A DNA stretch of 63,727 nucleotides, counting the filler, from Octopus bimaculoides (lineage: Eukaryota): NCBI RefSeq assembly GCF_001194135.2. It is 5 parts of 5 records of this genome, joined end to end, with 100 filler letters (N's around TTAATTAATTAA, not from the genome) between each part and the next. Parts side by side here need not be neighbours in the genome. Positions count along the whole stretch, not along the records: positions 32,290 to 41,745 come from NC_068992.1; positions 41,846 to 62,403 come from NC_068991.1; 3 more parts are not named here. One strand, written 5' to 3'. A program made the position numbers and the translations under genes. The notes below the pieces were generated by a model that was given only the letters and a program-made list of their open reading frames with translations, did no database searches and was not told the DNA's origin. Shown one piece after another: positions 41,040 to 52,998 of the stretch; the stretch's first letter is position 1, and every line of letters starts with the position of its first letter.

Positions 41040-42490
41040 TGTGCCCTGCCATAGCTTGACCACCGGTGTTGGTTTGTTTACTTCCCCTACATTAGCAATT
41101 CGGGATAAAAGACCAATAGAATAAGTACCTGGCTAAAAAAAAGTATTGGGGCTGATTTGTGCCAGTGAAATCCTTCAAGGTGGCACCCCAGCATGGCGGC
41201 TGTATAATTACAGAAACAGGTAAAAGAAAATTATATAAGTGTGCCTGTATGTATGTAACCTGTCTATCTATACATATATAATACTGTAATATAGACACGC
41301 ACAGCAGGCTTCCGTACAGTTTCATACGAATAGAATTTAGTAACTACAACTACGTCCCATTCATATGAAATTGATCAACCGGCTATGGGAGCTAATTATA
41401 AATGCCTGCAAGGCAGCCGCATACTAGAATGGATAGCGCCACAGAAATTCGGTCGCCATGTTTGACTAAAATGAATCCATTATATCGTAAATAATTTTAC
41501 CAAAGTACTGAGAGAATTCTTAACACAGCTTAACCAAATACACACAGTAAAAATACAAATACGCAGAGTTATTGGCAATGGCTCCTAAACAGGTTACAAA
41601 AATAAAAAATTCTCTATAGAAGAAAATTCAATATAACGTGTTTACAATATTTATTAGGTTCAGACACAATAGAAAAAGGATGTGATTTGTGGTCAAATTA
41701 GTGTTGTCCAATAAAAGATTTTTGCGTAATTCTTCTACTTTAAGANNNNNNNNNNNNNNNNNNNNNNNNNNNNNNNNNNNNNNNNNNNNTTAATTAATTA
41801 ANNNNNNNNNNNNNNNNNNNNNNNNNNNNNNNNNNNNNNNNNNNNATGCTTATATATATATATATATATATATATGCTTATATATATATATGCTTATATA
41901 TATATATATGCATATATATATACATATGCATATATGTATATGATTATATATACATATGCATATATATACACATGCATATATATATACATATGCATATATG
42001 CATATATATATATATGTGTGTGCATATATGTGTGTGTGTGTATGTGTATATATTTGTGTGTGTCTGTGTTTCTCTCACCATCACCACTTGAATCCATGCT
42101 GATGTGGTTACGTATCTGTAACTTAGTGGTTTGGCCTAAGAGACCAATAGAATAAGTATTAGGCTTACAAAGAATAATCCTGAGGTCAATATCTTTGACT
42201 AAAACCCTTTAAAGTAGTGCTTCAGCATGGCCACAGTTAAATGACTGAAACAAGTAAAAGAATATATATATATATGTATGTATGTATATTATGTGTGCGT
42301 GTGTGTTTGTCCTCCATCATGGCTTAACAGCCAGTGCTAGTTTGTTTATGTCCCCTTAACATAGCGCTTTGGCAATAAGTATCAGACATCACTAAAAAAT
42401 ATACTGTGGTAGATTTATTCAACCAAATCCTTTCAAGACAGTGCCCCAGCATGGCCACAATTCAATTACTGAAATAAATAAAAGATATAA
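41040..42490 (+). mobile_element. Cluster of three 3'-half SINE fragments (about 41040-41230, 42060-42260, 42300-42490)
   Basis: Each carries gaccaatagaataagta...cagcatggc...actgaaac motifs of the dominant family. Confidence 0.65.
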
Positions 42491-43237
42491 CGTTATTGAA
42501 AACATTCCAACCATTGTCATCTCATCTTCTTTTTCTGACACAGTCTATCTAGGACAACATAATCTTATGTGTCCCTTTTTTCTTTTTCTTTTTCTTTTTT
42601 CTCATTTTCTGATCCAGTAGAAAAAAAGGGGGTTTGTTAGTATTTCTAGTAGGCTTAGCAAACATGTATAATTTGGCTCAATGCCAATTTACTTACTTGG
42701 GATATGTAATGTGGGTATTTTGGTACCATTTGTTAATAAGAAGGAGGCCCTTGCTAAACATAACATTCCCACTGCTATATTTTATTTTAGTCCTACAAAC
42801 TCAGATCTATTAAACTCTTATTTAGCCTTAATATCAACTGCTGTAATGAGACAAATGCCTCCTCTAAAATATCTGACACCTCTGCTTCGTTTGTTTTTCT
42901 TGCCAGGATTGGTTGTGTAAAAAGTCTATGATTAAACAAAGTTGACACCTGAACATCTCATATTTCATACTGTAAAGTCACAACTTGTCAATACTAGATA
43001 ATTAACTCACCCCTAATGTCAGCATAGCTGTCAACTAAGACTGCAAAATAAATATTATCTGTGTAATTATCTTACCTAATGACTTAAGGTCTTTTTTTTT
43101 TTTCTTTTGATGTAACAAGATTTCACTTCAGTAGTCATCACCTTAAGCAGTCAGTCACCCTGCAATTTTAGAAATACATAGATATAGAGATAGAAATATT
43201 TGCTAAAAGTAACTAAATACTAGTATGTATGTATGTA

Positions 43238-43512
43238 TGAATGGCCTAATGGTTATGGTGTCGCACTCACAATCACTAGATTGTGGATTCGATTCCCAGA
43301 TTGAGCAGTGTGTTATGTTCTTTAGCAAAATACTTCATTTCATGTGACTCCTGTTCACTCAGTTGTAAATAGGTAACCCTGCAACAGTCTATCTTTAGGT
43401 CAGGGGGAATGTTGGCCTGTTTACCAAGCCAGTGGGGTGGCATCATTTGAAAGCTAAAATAACACAAAGTGTATTGTGACCAGTGATGTATAGCAACATC
43501 CAGTAGTTTGTC
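43238..43512 (+). mobile_element. Third tRNA-headed SINE family
   Basis: Head ggcctaatggttatggtgtcgcactcacaatc...ggattcgattcccag has A/B-box-like motifs. Reverse fragments at about 38880-38960, 48510-48640 and 3930-4045. Confidence 0.6.
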
Positions 43513-44040
43513 AATCACATGATGTATGAATGTATTACTAATGGATTTGTGAAATAAGTATAAAAAAAAAAAAAAAACTAAATGAAGAAGGTAGAAAATT
43601 CATAGTACAATATAACATGGCTTCACATCACATCACAGGTGAATTGTTGTAATTTCACAGTCTGTTGAATAAGGTGTGTGTCATTAGTTATACAGCTTGG
43701 ATAATAAATAATTCTTTTTTTTTTTTTTTTGTCTTCACTTGCTTCAGTCTGTGGCAATGCTGGGGCACCACCTTGACAGGTTTACTCAAATAGAACAATC
43801 CCAGTACTTTTTTTGTTTTTTAAATCTGGTTCTTGTTCTGTTAGTCTTCTTTACTGAACAGCTAGGTTACAGGGATGTAAACAAAATGCCAATTGTTAAG
43901 CAATGAGGGGATGCACAGACACACAAACACACTCACATACACATGTACATACACATAGTTTTTGTATGTGACAAATGCTCAGGAGCAATAAACATTGAAA
44001 ATGTGCAGAGAACAGCTTCTGTCACATTCCAGGGAGAAGG

Positions 44041-44699
44041 TATGGTCATGTGTTATGAATGGATGAGGACAGCTGTGTGGAAAAGTGTCACACCCTAGCA
44101 GTTGAGGGAACCTGTGGAAGAGGTAGACTCAGGAAGACCTGGGATGAGGTGGTGAAGCATGACCTTTGAACATTGGGTTTCACCGAGGCAATGACTAGTG
44201 GCCAAGACCTTTGGAAATATGCTGTGCTTGAGAAGACCCGACTAGCCAAGTGAGACCATAACCCGTGGCCTATGCCAGTCGTGTATAACCAGCCCACTTA
44301 TGAGTACCCTTCATTCACTGGACAATAAATTTTGTTTTGCAAAGACCTGTTGAGGTAAGTGAAATCAAAATCACTGACGTGGCCGATGACAGTACCACCT
44401 GATTGGCACCCGTGCCAGTGGAACGTTAAGAGCACGGTCCGAGTGTGATCGTTGCCAGGGCTGCTGACTGGCTTCCATGTCGATGGCACATAAAAAGCAC
44501 CATTCGAACATGATCATTGACAGCGTCGCCTTACTGGCATATGAAAAACAACATTCAAGTGTGGTCGTTGCCAGTGCCACCGGACTGGCTCCTGTGCCGC
44601 CTGACTGGCCCTCAAGCCGGTGGCACATAAACGCACTCACTACACTCTCGGAGTGGTTGGCGTTAGGAAGGGCATCTAGCTGTAGAAACTTTGCCAGAT
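44041..44699 (+). mobile_element. 3' end of an RTE-like LINE (ORF C-terminus 44041-44253 plus 3' UTR), cut by an N gap
   Basis: YGHVL*MDEDSCVEKCHTLAVEGTCGRGRLRKTWDEVVKHDL*TLG...DLWK; the internal TGA stops fit CGA decay. The UTR (gagtggttggcgttaggaagggcatc) recurs reversed at 51895-52410. Confidence 0.8.
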
Positions 44700-45282
44700 N
44701 NNNNNNNNNNNNNNNNNNNNNNNNNNNNNNNNNNNNNNNNNNNNNNNNNNNNNNNNNNNNNNNNNNNNNNNNNNNNNNNNNNNNNNNNNNNNNNNNNNNN
44801 NNNNNNNNNNNNNNNNNNNNNNNNNNNNNNNNNNNNNNNNNNNNNNNNNNNNNNNNNNNNNNNNNNNNNNNNNNNNNNNNNNNNNNNNNNNNNNNNNNNN
44901 NNNNNNNNNNNNNNNNNNNNNNNNNNNNNNNNNNNNNNNNNNNNNNNNNNNNNNNNNNNNNNNNNNNNNNNNNNNNNNAATACAAACAACAAGGAAAACA
45001 GGTGTCTTTCGACTAAAATGACAAGGTAAGTTAAGCTGGCATGTGAAGTGGAAGCCTTATGACAACAAACATAGATGAAAGTCAGGAGACAGGAAAATAA
45101 GGTGTTGTGCAAGCAGCAGTCAGGCCAAGAAAGAAAGATCATGCTTGGCCAAGCACCGGTCATGTGGGAGGAACAGAGAGAGGTAGGGAGCAGAGGGATT
45201 GAAGAATTAGAGAAGGAACTAAAGAGAGAGAGAGGGGGGAAAGGAACAAGGAAGATAACAGAGGAAAGTAGAGAAATTAAAT

Positions 45283-45681
45283 TACTTGTTTCAGTCATTT
45301 CGACTGTGGCCATGCTGGAGCACCGCTTTTAGTCAAGCAAATCGACCCCAGGACTTATTCTTTGTAAGCCTAGTACTTATTCTATCGGTCTATTTTGCCG
45401 AACTGCTAAGTTACGAGGACGTAAACACACCAGCATCGGTTGTCAAGTGATGTTGGGGGGGACAAACACAGACATATAAACATACACACATACACACACA
45501 CATATATATATATACATACATATATACGACGGACTTTCAGTTTCCGTCTACCAAATCCACTCACAAGGCTTTGGTCGGCCCGAGGCTATAGTAGAAGACA
45601 CTTGCCCAAGGTGCCACTCAGTGGGACTGAACCCGGAACCATGTGGTTCGTAAGCAAGCTGCTTACCACACAGCCACTCCT
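45283..45681 (-). mobile_element. Full-length SINE of the dominant family
   Basis: Complete from 3' tacttgtttcagtcatttcgactgtggccatgctggagcacc to 5' head cttaccacacagccactcct, with a central (CA)/(TA) tract. Confidence 0.9.
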
Positions 45682-46197
45682 TACATTTACAAGAAGAATG
45701 GTGACAGTGATTTTGAAGATGCATCAAACAGTTTCACAAAGGCTAGCTGACTGGAACTTCGAAGTCACTGTCACAACCCTTCATGTAAAAGAATAATAAC
45801 CACAGATACATATGTGTATGTTTGTTTGTTTATTTATTTTAGAAGTTTAACTGTACACAAGATAGATTTTTTTTTTACTTCCTTTACCTTTTATGCTCCA
45901 TTTAAAACTAGATAAATATTTTGATTCATTTGCAATTAGTTTTTTTTTTTTTTGATTAACACTTATCCTACTTTGGTCTTACTTCGTCTTCCTGTCAGAA
46001 GACTTGATATCTTCCCCTTAATTTATATTATTTTACATGGAGTTAGCTATGACACTTTACTTACTTTAACCTAAATATTTTTCCCTCATTTTTCTCGAGT
46101 CATTTTTCAGGAATTTTCCTTTATATATACATGTTTTGAATAAAATTCTTCTGTTAGTCATAGAAGAGTTAAACATTAATTAGTTTCTAATTTGGTT

Positions 46198-46405
46198 AAG
46201 GTGGTAAGCTGGCAGAATTGTTGGCATGTTGGGCGAAATGCTTTGCACCAGCTCTTAATGTTTTGAGTTCAAATTCCACTGAGGTCAACTTCACATTTCA
46301 TCCTTTCAAGATCATTATATTAAGTACCAGTTGATCACTGGGATCAATGTAATCAACTAATCCTCTCCCTAAAATTGCTAGCTTCGTGCCAAAATTAGAA
46401 AGATT
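46198..46405 (+). mobile_element. Copy of the second SINE family
   Basis: aaggtggtaagctggcagaattg...gaggtcaacttcacatttcatcc...gtaccagttgatcactgggatcaatgtaatc. Confidence 0.7.
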
Positions 46406-47619
46406 TTGATTACATCTAATATGAACTTTTCAAGCAAATAACATCTTCTTATGCTAAGCTTTTGAAGTACTAATATTAAAGGGAAGTTAATATAAAATAG
46501 ACCTATAAACCATCCGGTGACAACATTCTCTTATTTATTTATTATTCTAAAGAAGCTCAGCAGTTTATTGGAGAGAGCTAAAAATGTTAGGTGAAGATAT
46601 AAAACTTTGAAATATTGTAGCATTGCTTAGCATTTTGGTAAGCTAACAAAAATTTATATTTTCGATTTTAAATACAAGGTAATTTCTGAAGAAGCCATAC
46701 TTTATAAAAGAAATATTGCAAACATTAAATATGCCTAGATAGCTTTCACTAAAGCAGGAGTACCCCTTGACCCTTGCATTTAGGAGAACTGTCTCAAATT
46801 TGAAACCACCCACTGACAAAGTTCTATAAAAACTTATAGAAGAGAAATGATAAGGAAAAAATGGCAGTAGTTGACCAATTCCACCCATCCCCCACTTCTG
46901 ACAAAAATGAAGGATTTTTGTTAAACTAAAAGCTTTTAAGGTAAAGTGGAATTGGTGCATTATTATTAAAATTTAGCAATTACAGTATAGAAAAACCGTT
47001 TTTAGACATCAAAAACACAAAAACTGTCAAATTCACTTTCTCTATACAACTTGGTCACTTTCACAGCAATGGAATTGTGCTAAAAATTTTAGCATCTCAA
47101 GAAATATAAGAAAAGTGGTGAATTTTACAGTTTTTTTGTGTGTTTTTAATGAGTAAAAATAGCTTATCTGTGATATGATTGTTTCATAGTCTCTGATAAA
47201 TCCACCTGCCAAACTAGTACAATTCCATAATTTTAATATTTACTTAGTCTCAAACATTAGAATTAGCATTTGCAAATGTTAAATGATATTCGAGGGGGCG
47301 GGGGTCTTTTTTGTTCTGTTTTCATTTTGCATTCTGTATTCCAAGCCAACAATTCATAATAAAGGTATAATTTCATTTTATCGTAATTTCACTGCTTAAG
47401 TATGTATGTGGGGGTTGTGTATTCATCATCATCATCATTATCATTATCAAATGTCCATTTTCCATGCTGGCATGGGTTGGACGCTTTGACATGATCCAGT
47501 GAGCTGCAGGATGATACCAAGTTACAATGTCCACTTTGGTATGATATCTACAATCACTTTACAGAGTTTACCAGATGTTTTATTCATGTCACAGCGTTAA
47601 TGAGGTCACCAAGTGTATG

Positions 47620-47659
<40 letters not shown>

Positions 47660-47769
47660 GGAGAATTTACGAAAAAAACAACAGACAAAGACAGGTGGTG
47701 TAAACAACAAATGGATGTATTAGTTTAACGCTCGGATGTATTAGTTTAACGCTCGGGAATAGAGAAGGT

Positions 47770-47804
47770 CTTTGACGTTTCAAGCTACGCTCTTCAACTG
47801 AAAG
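47770..47804 (-). ncRNA. Degenerate minimal type-I hammerhead-like motif (Penelope-type)
   Basis: Minus strand reads CTTT-CAGTTGA-A-GAG-cgtag-CTT-GAA-ACGT-C-AAAG: helix I CTTT/AAAG, helix II GAG/CTT, palindromic ACGT helix III, GUC site. Two core mismatches to CUGANGA. Confidence 0.4.
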
Positions 47805-49105
47805 GAACACAGAAAGAAAAAAGGAGAGAAACAAGGAGAAAAAAAATATAAATGTAGTGGTCAGCGATCTATCAACAAAAAAATTCACACCATATATATA
47901 TCTATATATGTATATATATATATATGGTGTGTATTTTTTTGTTTCCTTGTTTTGACATTGTGTGTTGTAAATGAATGTCTTTGAATGTCTTTTATTTCCA
48001 ATATTCTGTGAGAACATGTTTGGCCATGACCAAATATTACCTTGCTTGAAAACAGGTAAGGGTTGGCAACAGGAAGGACAGCTGGCTTCAGAAAATCTGC
48101 CTCAATAAACTCTTGTATATAAAGAATGGTATGAATGTATAAAGAATGTATAAATATTAATATTTCCCAGCATAACAAATAATAAAAATAATGTTATGCT
48201 CTCAATTTTGCAAAAACTTTCACTTCTGATAGACAAGTTTTAATTCCCTATGCAGTAGCAGCAGTATGGAGGCATGTGCTGTAACAGCATATCCCTGCAT
48301 CTCTCCGTTTGTTGGTGACTCCCTACTCCTGGTGGATGATGCCTCTGTACCATTCAGGTGACAATCCTCCAACCCATGGGTCTGTGTGGGTATTCATTGT
48401 TGTTGCGGGTTTTCTGAGGTCTGAGTGCAAATCCTATCTCAACCTCTTTTAATCATCTTTTACAACATGCAGAGGAAATACTGTGTTTATTCTTTGACAT
48501 ACCTCTCCCCTCATTGTAGTAGAGCAACATGAAATGAAGTGTTTTGCTCAAGAACACAACATGCCACTTGGTTTGGGAATTGAACCCACAATCTGGTGAT
48601 CATAAATGCAATGCCTTAACCACTGAACCATGTGCCTTTATTATTTCCTATAGGGATTAGGAATTCAAGCTTCCAATCAGTTTCAAAAAAGCCAAGAAGA
48701 AACAATAATTGAATGTATTTCTGAACAATGGTTCCTGACCTAAACTTGGAATTATGGAAATTTCATAGAAGATAATGTCAGAGAAAATGCTGAGACATTA
48801 AGTTAGCATAAAACATCAACAAAGAAGTGCTAAAAGAAATGAAATAGTTTTTTTTTTTATTCATCTTCCTGTAAAGTAGCTGCACACATCATCAGTGATG
48901 TTTCCTGGAATCATCAGGTGTCTCAAGTCTTCAACATCAAACACCCACACTCAGGTAATCCAGCCAGGATTGATCAAGCTCCAACTTGTATCCCACCAGC
49001 ACAACTACTAAGAGCATTGCCCCTTTCCAGGATTCACACCTTCTGGATTCACACCTTCTGCTTCACATCCACCTTGAGGCAACCTACCTCTGATTCTTGG
49101 TTACA

Positions 49106-49359
49106 GGAATTTTCACTGTAAACATTTTTGATGTAGGAAACTTCACAGTGAAAAAAAATAAATTGCAAAAAAAAAAAGAAAAAAAAAAAGATTAGCTGTT
49201 TCTTTAAAATGGTAACTTCATCAACTAACCTACTAAGTAGAGAAAGGTAATTTCTTTACAATGAGTTATCAAGTTTACAGTTTGCTTGTGTAGCTCCTTT
49301 GTGGTGAAACTTTCTATGGTAAATTTTCCCCCAGCAAAAATATTTACAGTGAATTTTCC
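49106..49359. mobile_element. MITE-like element with diverged terminal inverted repeats of about 45 bp
   Basis: Left ggaattttcactgtaaacatttttgatgtaggaaa versus reverse complement of right ggaaaattcactgtaaatatttttgctgggggaaaa. No coding capacity. Confidence 0.55.
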
Positions 49360-50012
49360 AGACACATTGCTGCCTCCATTGTCAACCTGATGGCCTTCTG
49401 CCTACTGGCCCCTACGATACTGAGTATGTTGGAGGCCCTGCAGAGGAACTAGCCTGCAAACCCACTGCATCTCGCCTTGATGGGATCACAACTTGCTTGC
49501 CACCCATTGCGTTGACATAGCTAAGAGTTTCAAATGAGAGGAAAAAAAAACCAAACATATCAACCAGTGAAAGTTAGAAATATACAAACATTTACACTGA
49601 ACAGAGGAATGTATGTTCTGAAGACTGATTTGCACTAATAAACTGAGAAACCTGTCTAGTGCCTGGAAAGAAGCTTAATAAGTGTAAGTGAATGAAGCAT
49701 TAAACAGCTGTAAAAGAAGAAGAATGAAGAAAACTCTCAAAAGGCATTTTATACACTATATTACAAAAGATTATAACACCAGTAGTGGTTTCATATCTCT
49801 TGTATTTTACTTGTTTCAGTCATTGGACTGTGGCCATGTTGGGCCGAGTACATATTTATAATCTGGTATTTATTCTACCGGCTTCTTTTGCTAAACTGTT
49901 ATCTTAAGGGAATGTAAACAAACCAACACTGGTTGTCAAGTAGTGGGCTGAGGGGATAAACACAAAGATATGCACACACAATACACAAATATATATATAT
50001 ATATATATATAT

Positions 50013-50226
50013 AAATTTAAGGAATGGAGAAAACGCATGTTATAATTGCATACTTTATTCCTACATATGTTTCAAAGGATTACAACTTGTGTGATCCATA
50101 GGGATCTGTGATATTAAAATTGTAATATCACAGATCCCTATGGATCACACAGGTTGTAATCCTTTGAAACATATGTAGGAATAAAGTATGCAATTATAAC
50201 ATGCGTTTTCTCCATTCCTTAAATTT
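50013..50226. repeat. 214-bp near-perfect palindrome (104-bp arms)
   Basis: 50013-50116 is the reverse complement of 50123-50226 with one mismatch; spacer aaattg. Confidence 0.95.
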
Positions 50227-50385
50227 TTAAATATACTCAAATACCCAAAATTTCAAGGAGTTCCTGCCTTAAAAACAGGAACTACAACACAGTTATTTTG
50301 TGTTCTTTGTTACATTGATTTCTATTAACCCATTTATTCTATCCGAAGAATTTTTATTCATTAAGATAGAAGAAATACATATAAT

Positions 50386-50421
<36 letters not shown>

Positions 50422-50478
50422 AAACCTTCTGTTAAAATAGTCAACCTTATGAATGTTAATTTAAAATTTACTAATATA

Positions 50479-50850
50479 GGCACAGGAGTGGCTGTGTAGT
50501 AAGTAGTTTGCTTACCAACCACATGGGCAAGTGTCTTCTACTATAGCCTCGGGCTGACCAAAGCTTTGTGAGTGGATTTGGTAGATGGAAACTGAAAGAA
50601 GCCTGTCATATATATATATGTGTATATATAGATGTATATCTATATGTGTGTATATGCCTGTGTTTGTCCCCCCACCATCACTTGACAACCAATGTTGGTG
50701 TGCTTATGTCCCTGTAACTTAGCAGTTTGGCAAAAGAGACTGATAGAATAAGTACTAGGCTTACAAAGAATAAGTCCTGGGGTTGACTTGTTCAACTAAA
50801 GGCATGCTCCAGCATGGCTGAAGTCAAATGACTGAAACAAATAAAAGAAT
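50479..50850 (+). mobile_element. SINE of the dominant family with a deletion in the head
   Basis: ggcacaggagtggctgtgtagtaag...gactgaaacaaataaaagaat, collinear with 45283-45681. Confidence 0.85.
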
Positions 50851-50929
50851 TAACTAACCATACTGACCATACATTCAAACATACATGCATATATACATAC
50901 ATACAAACATAAATTTCAGTATATACATA

Positions 50930-51851
50930 TGAAGTGCATTCAAAAAGAACCTGACTTTATTTTTACCTACCAAAACTACTGCTGCATGGTCAAAATCCCT
51001 TGGGTGAGAGATGATGCATCCTCTCTGCACACGCATGAAAATTTTCAAGTCAGTATGCCATGTCAGTTTTGAGCTTCTATGTCTAGAATGCAGACATACA
51101 GTGTGGACTAGTCAGGTTTTCATTTTCATACAAGATGACCAAATGCATCAAGCAGAGACCACAAACCCATATTTCATCATCAGTGATGATGATCTTCATG
51201 AAATCTGGATCATGGTTTGCACAGTTCAGCATGTCCTGAGTAATTTCCATGCAGAGTTGCTTCTGCTGCTCTACCAACATCTTAGGATTGCATTTCACTA
51301 CAAGTGCATGCACCATTTGTGCATGTTCTCATTGCATGCATAAATCCTCCATCAAAATAGAATGCTCTGATCCTGTGCTTATCCCTACTTTGTGAGCAAT
51401 TTCTTGGATTGTTACATGTGAGTCTTCTATGATAATTCACCAGACCTTTTCAATCGGTTCCTTGTTTCGGCTTGTAGATGGCCTGCCCGAGTATGCCTCA
51501 CTCTCCACTGAGGTGTGGCCATGTTTGAAACAGTTGTACCACTCCTTGATCTGAGTATTGCCTATGGCATCATCACCAAAAACCTGCTGAATCTTCCTGA
51601 TGTTTTCAGCTTGAGTATCACCAAGCTTTGGGTAAAACTTGATGCATTCAGTGAAAACAAAATTCTGACAAGCACATATTACATGTCTGTAATCTATGCA
51701 TAACAACCAGGAACTGATGCCGCCTACTGGTGCAAAGATTTTTATGCATACACAGGAAGTGTGGTGTGATCTCTCACCCAAAGGATTCTGGTCATGTAGC
51801 ATTAGTTTTGTCTGGGAAAAATAAAGTCAGATATTTCTTGAATGCACCTAA
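50930..51851 (-). mobile_element. Internally deleted mariner DNA transposon with long TIRs and TA flanks
   Basis: Minus-strand fragments ECIKFYPKLGDTQAENIRKIQQVFGDDAIGNTQIKEWYNCFKHGHTSVESEAYSGRPSTS (HTH) and DPDFMKIIITDDEIWVCG (first catalytic motif). Inverted ends of at least 80 bp (50930-51012 / 51769-51851); TA at 50928-50929 and 51852-51853. Confidence 0.85.
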
Positions 51852-51894
51852 TACATATGCAACTAGTTAGATAGACTAATAGATATTTGTATAT

Positions 51895-52410
51895 ATCATC
51901 ATCATCGTTTAACGTCCGCCTTCCATGCTAGCATCGGTTGGACGATTTGGCTGAGTACTGGCAAACCAGATGGCTACACCAGGCTCCAATCTGATTTGGC
52001 AGAGTTTCTACAGCTAGATGCCCTTCCTAACGCCAACTACTCCGAGAGTGTAGTGGGTGCTTTTACGTGCCATCAGCACGAAGGCCAGTCAAGCAGTACT
52101 GGCAACGGCCACGCTCAAAATGGTGTATTTTACGTGCCACCTGCACAAGAACCAGTCCAGCGGCACTGGCAACGACCTTGCTTGAACGTTTTTTCATGTA
52201 CCACCAGCACAAGTACTAGTAAGGTGATGCTGGTAACGATCACGCTCAAATGGTGCTATTTACGTGCCACTTGACAGCTGTTCTGGCAATGATCATGCTC
52301 AGGCAGTGCTCTTAGCACTCCACTGGTACAGGTGCCATCATGATTTCGATTTCACTTGCCCCAACATGTCTTCACAAGCCGAGAATAGTGTCCAATAAAG
52401 GAGAGGTTGG
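51895..52410 (-). mobile_element. RTE-like LINE 3' UTR copy with (GAT)n tail
   Basis: atcatcatcatcgtttaacgtcc tail and gatgcccttcctaacgccaac, reverse-matching 44560-44699. Shorter relatives at about 47420-47610 and 52545-52790. Confidence 0.75.
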
Positions 52411-52833
52411 CATGGGTGACAGTCTCTATGTATATACATAGGCATATTTTTATATACATATATAAATGTGTGTATATGCATATATATACAAACACACACA
52501 AACTCCTATTTATGTAAAAACAAAGTGGAGCTAGTTGTATACATCATTTTCATCATTATCATTTTAACATTTTCTTTTCCATGCTTGCATATGATGGACA
52601 AGGTTTATTGAGTCAAATTTTCTGACTGGATGCCCTTCCTGTCACCAACGCCTATCTTTTTCCAAGTAAGGCAATATCTTCCCATGACCAGACATATTTG
52701 TGAAGAATATTGGAAATGAATGACACAGCTTGTATGACAATGACACTCATTTACAACTATCATGCAATGTCAAGACATTCACACATATACACTTAGATCC
52801 ATCCATACATACATACATACATACATGTCGTTC

Positions 52834-52998
52834 AGAAGCTTGCTTCCCAAACCATATGGCTATAAGTTCAGTCCCACTGCATGACACCTTGGGCAAGTGC
52901 TTTCTATTATGGCCCAAGACCATAGTAGAAAACACTTGCCCAAAGTGTCATGTAGTGGGACTGAACTCATAACTATATGGTTTGGGAAGCAGGCTTCT
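52834..52998. repeat. Fold-back of two inverted SINE 5' heads (79-bp arms, 7-nt loop)
   Basis: 52834-52912 versus 52920-52998: 8 mismatches, all transitions; loop cccaaga. Confidence 0.9.

Noticed and set aside
42698-42930. Minus-strand frame TFYTTNPGKKNKRSRGVRYFRGGICL... ending at a GTAAGT donor
   Set aside because: Two in-frame TAA stops and no recognisable family.
49619-49660. CTGAAGA...GAAACCTGTC hammerhead-like spacing
   Set aside because: No credible helix I or helix II pairing.
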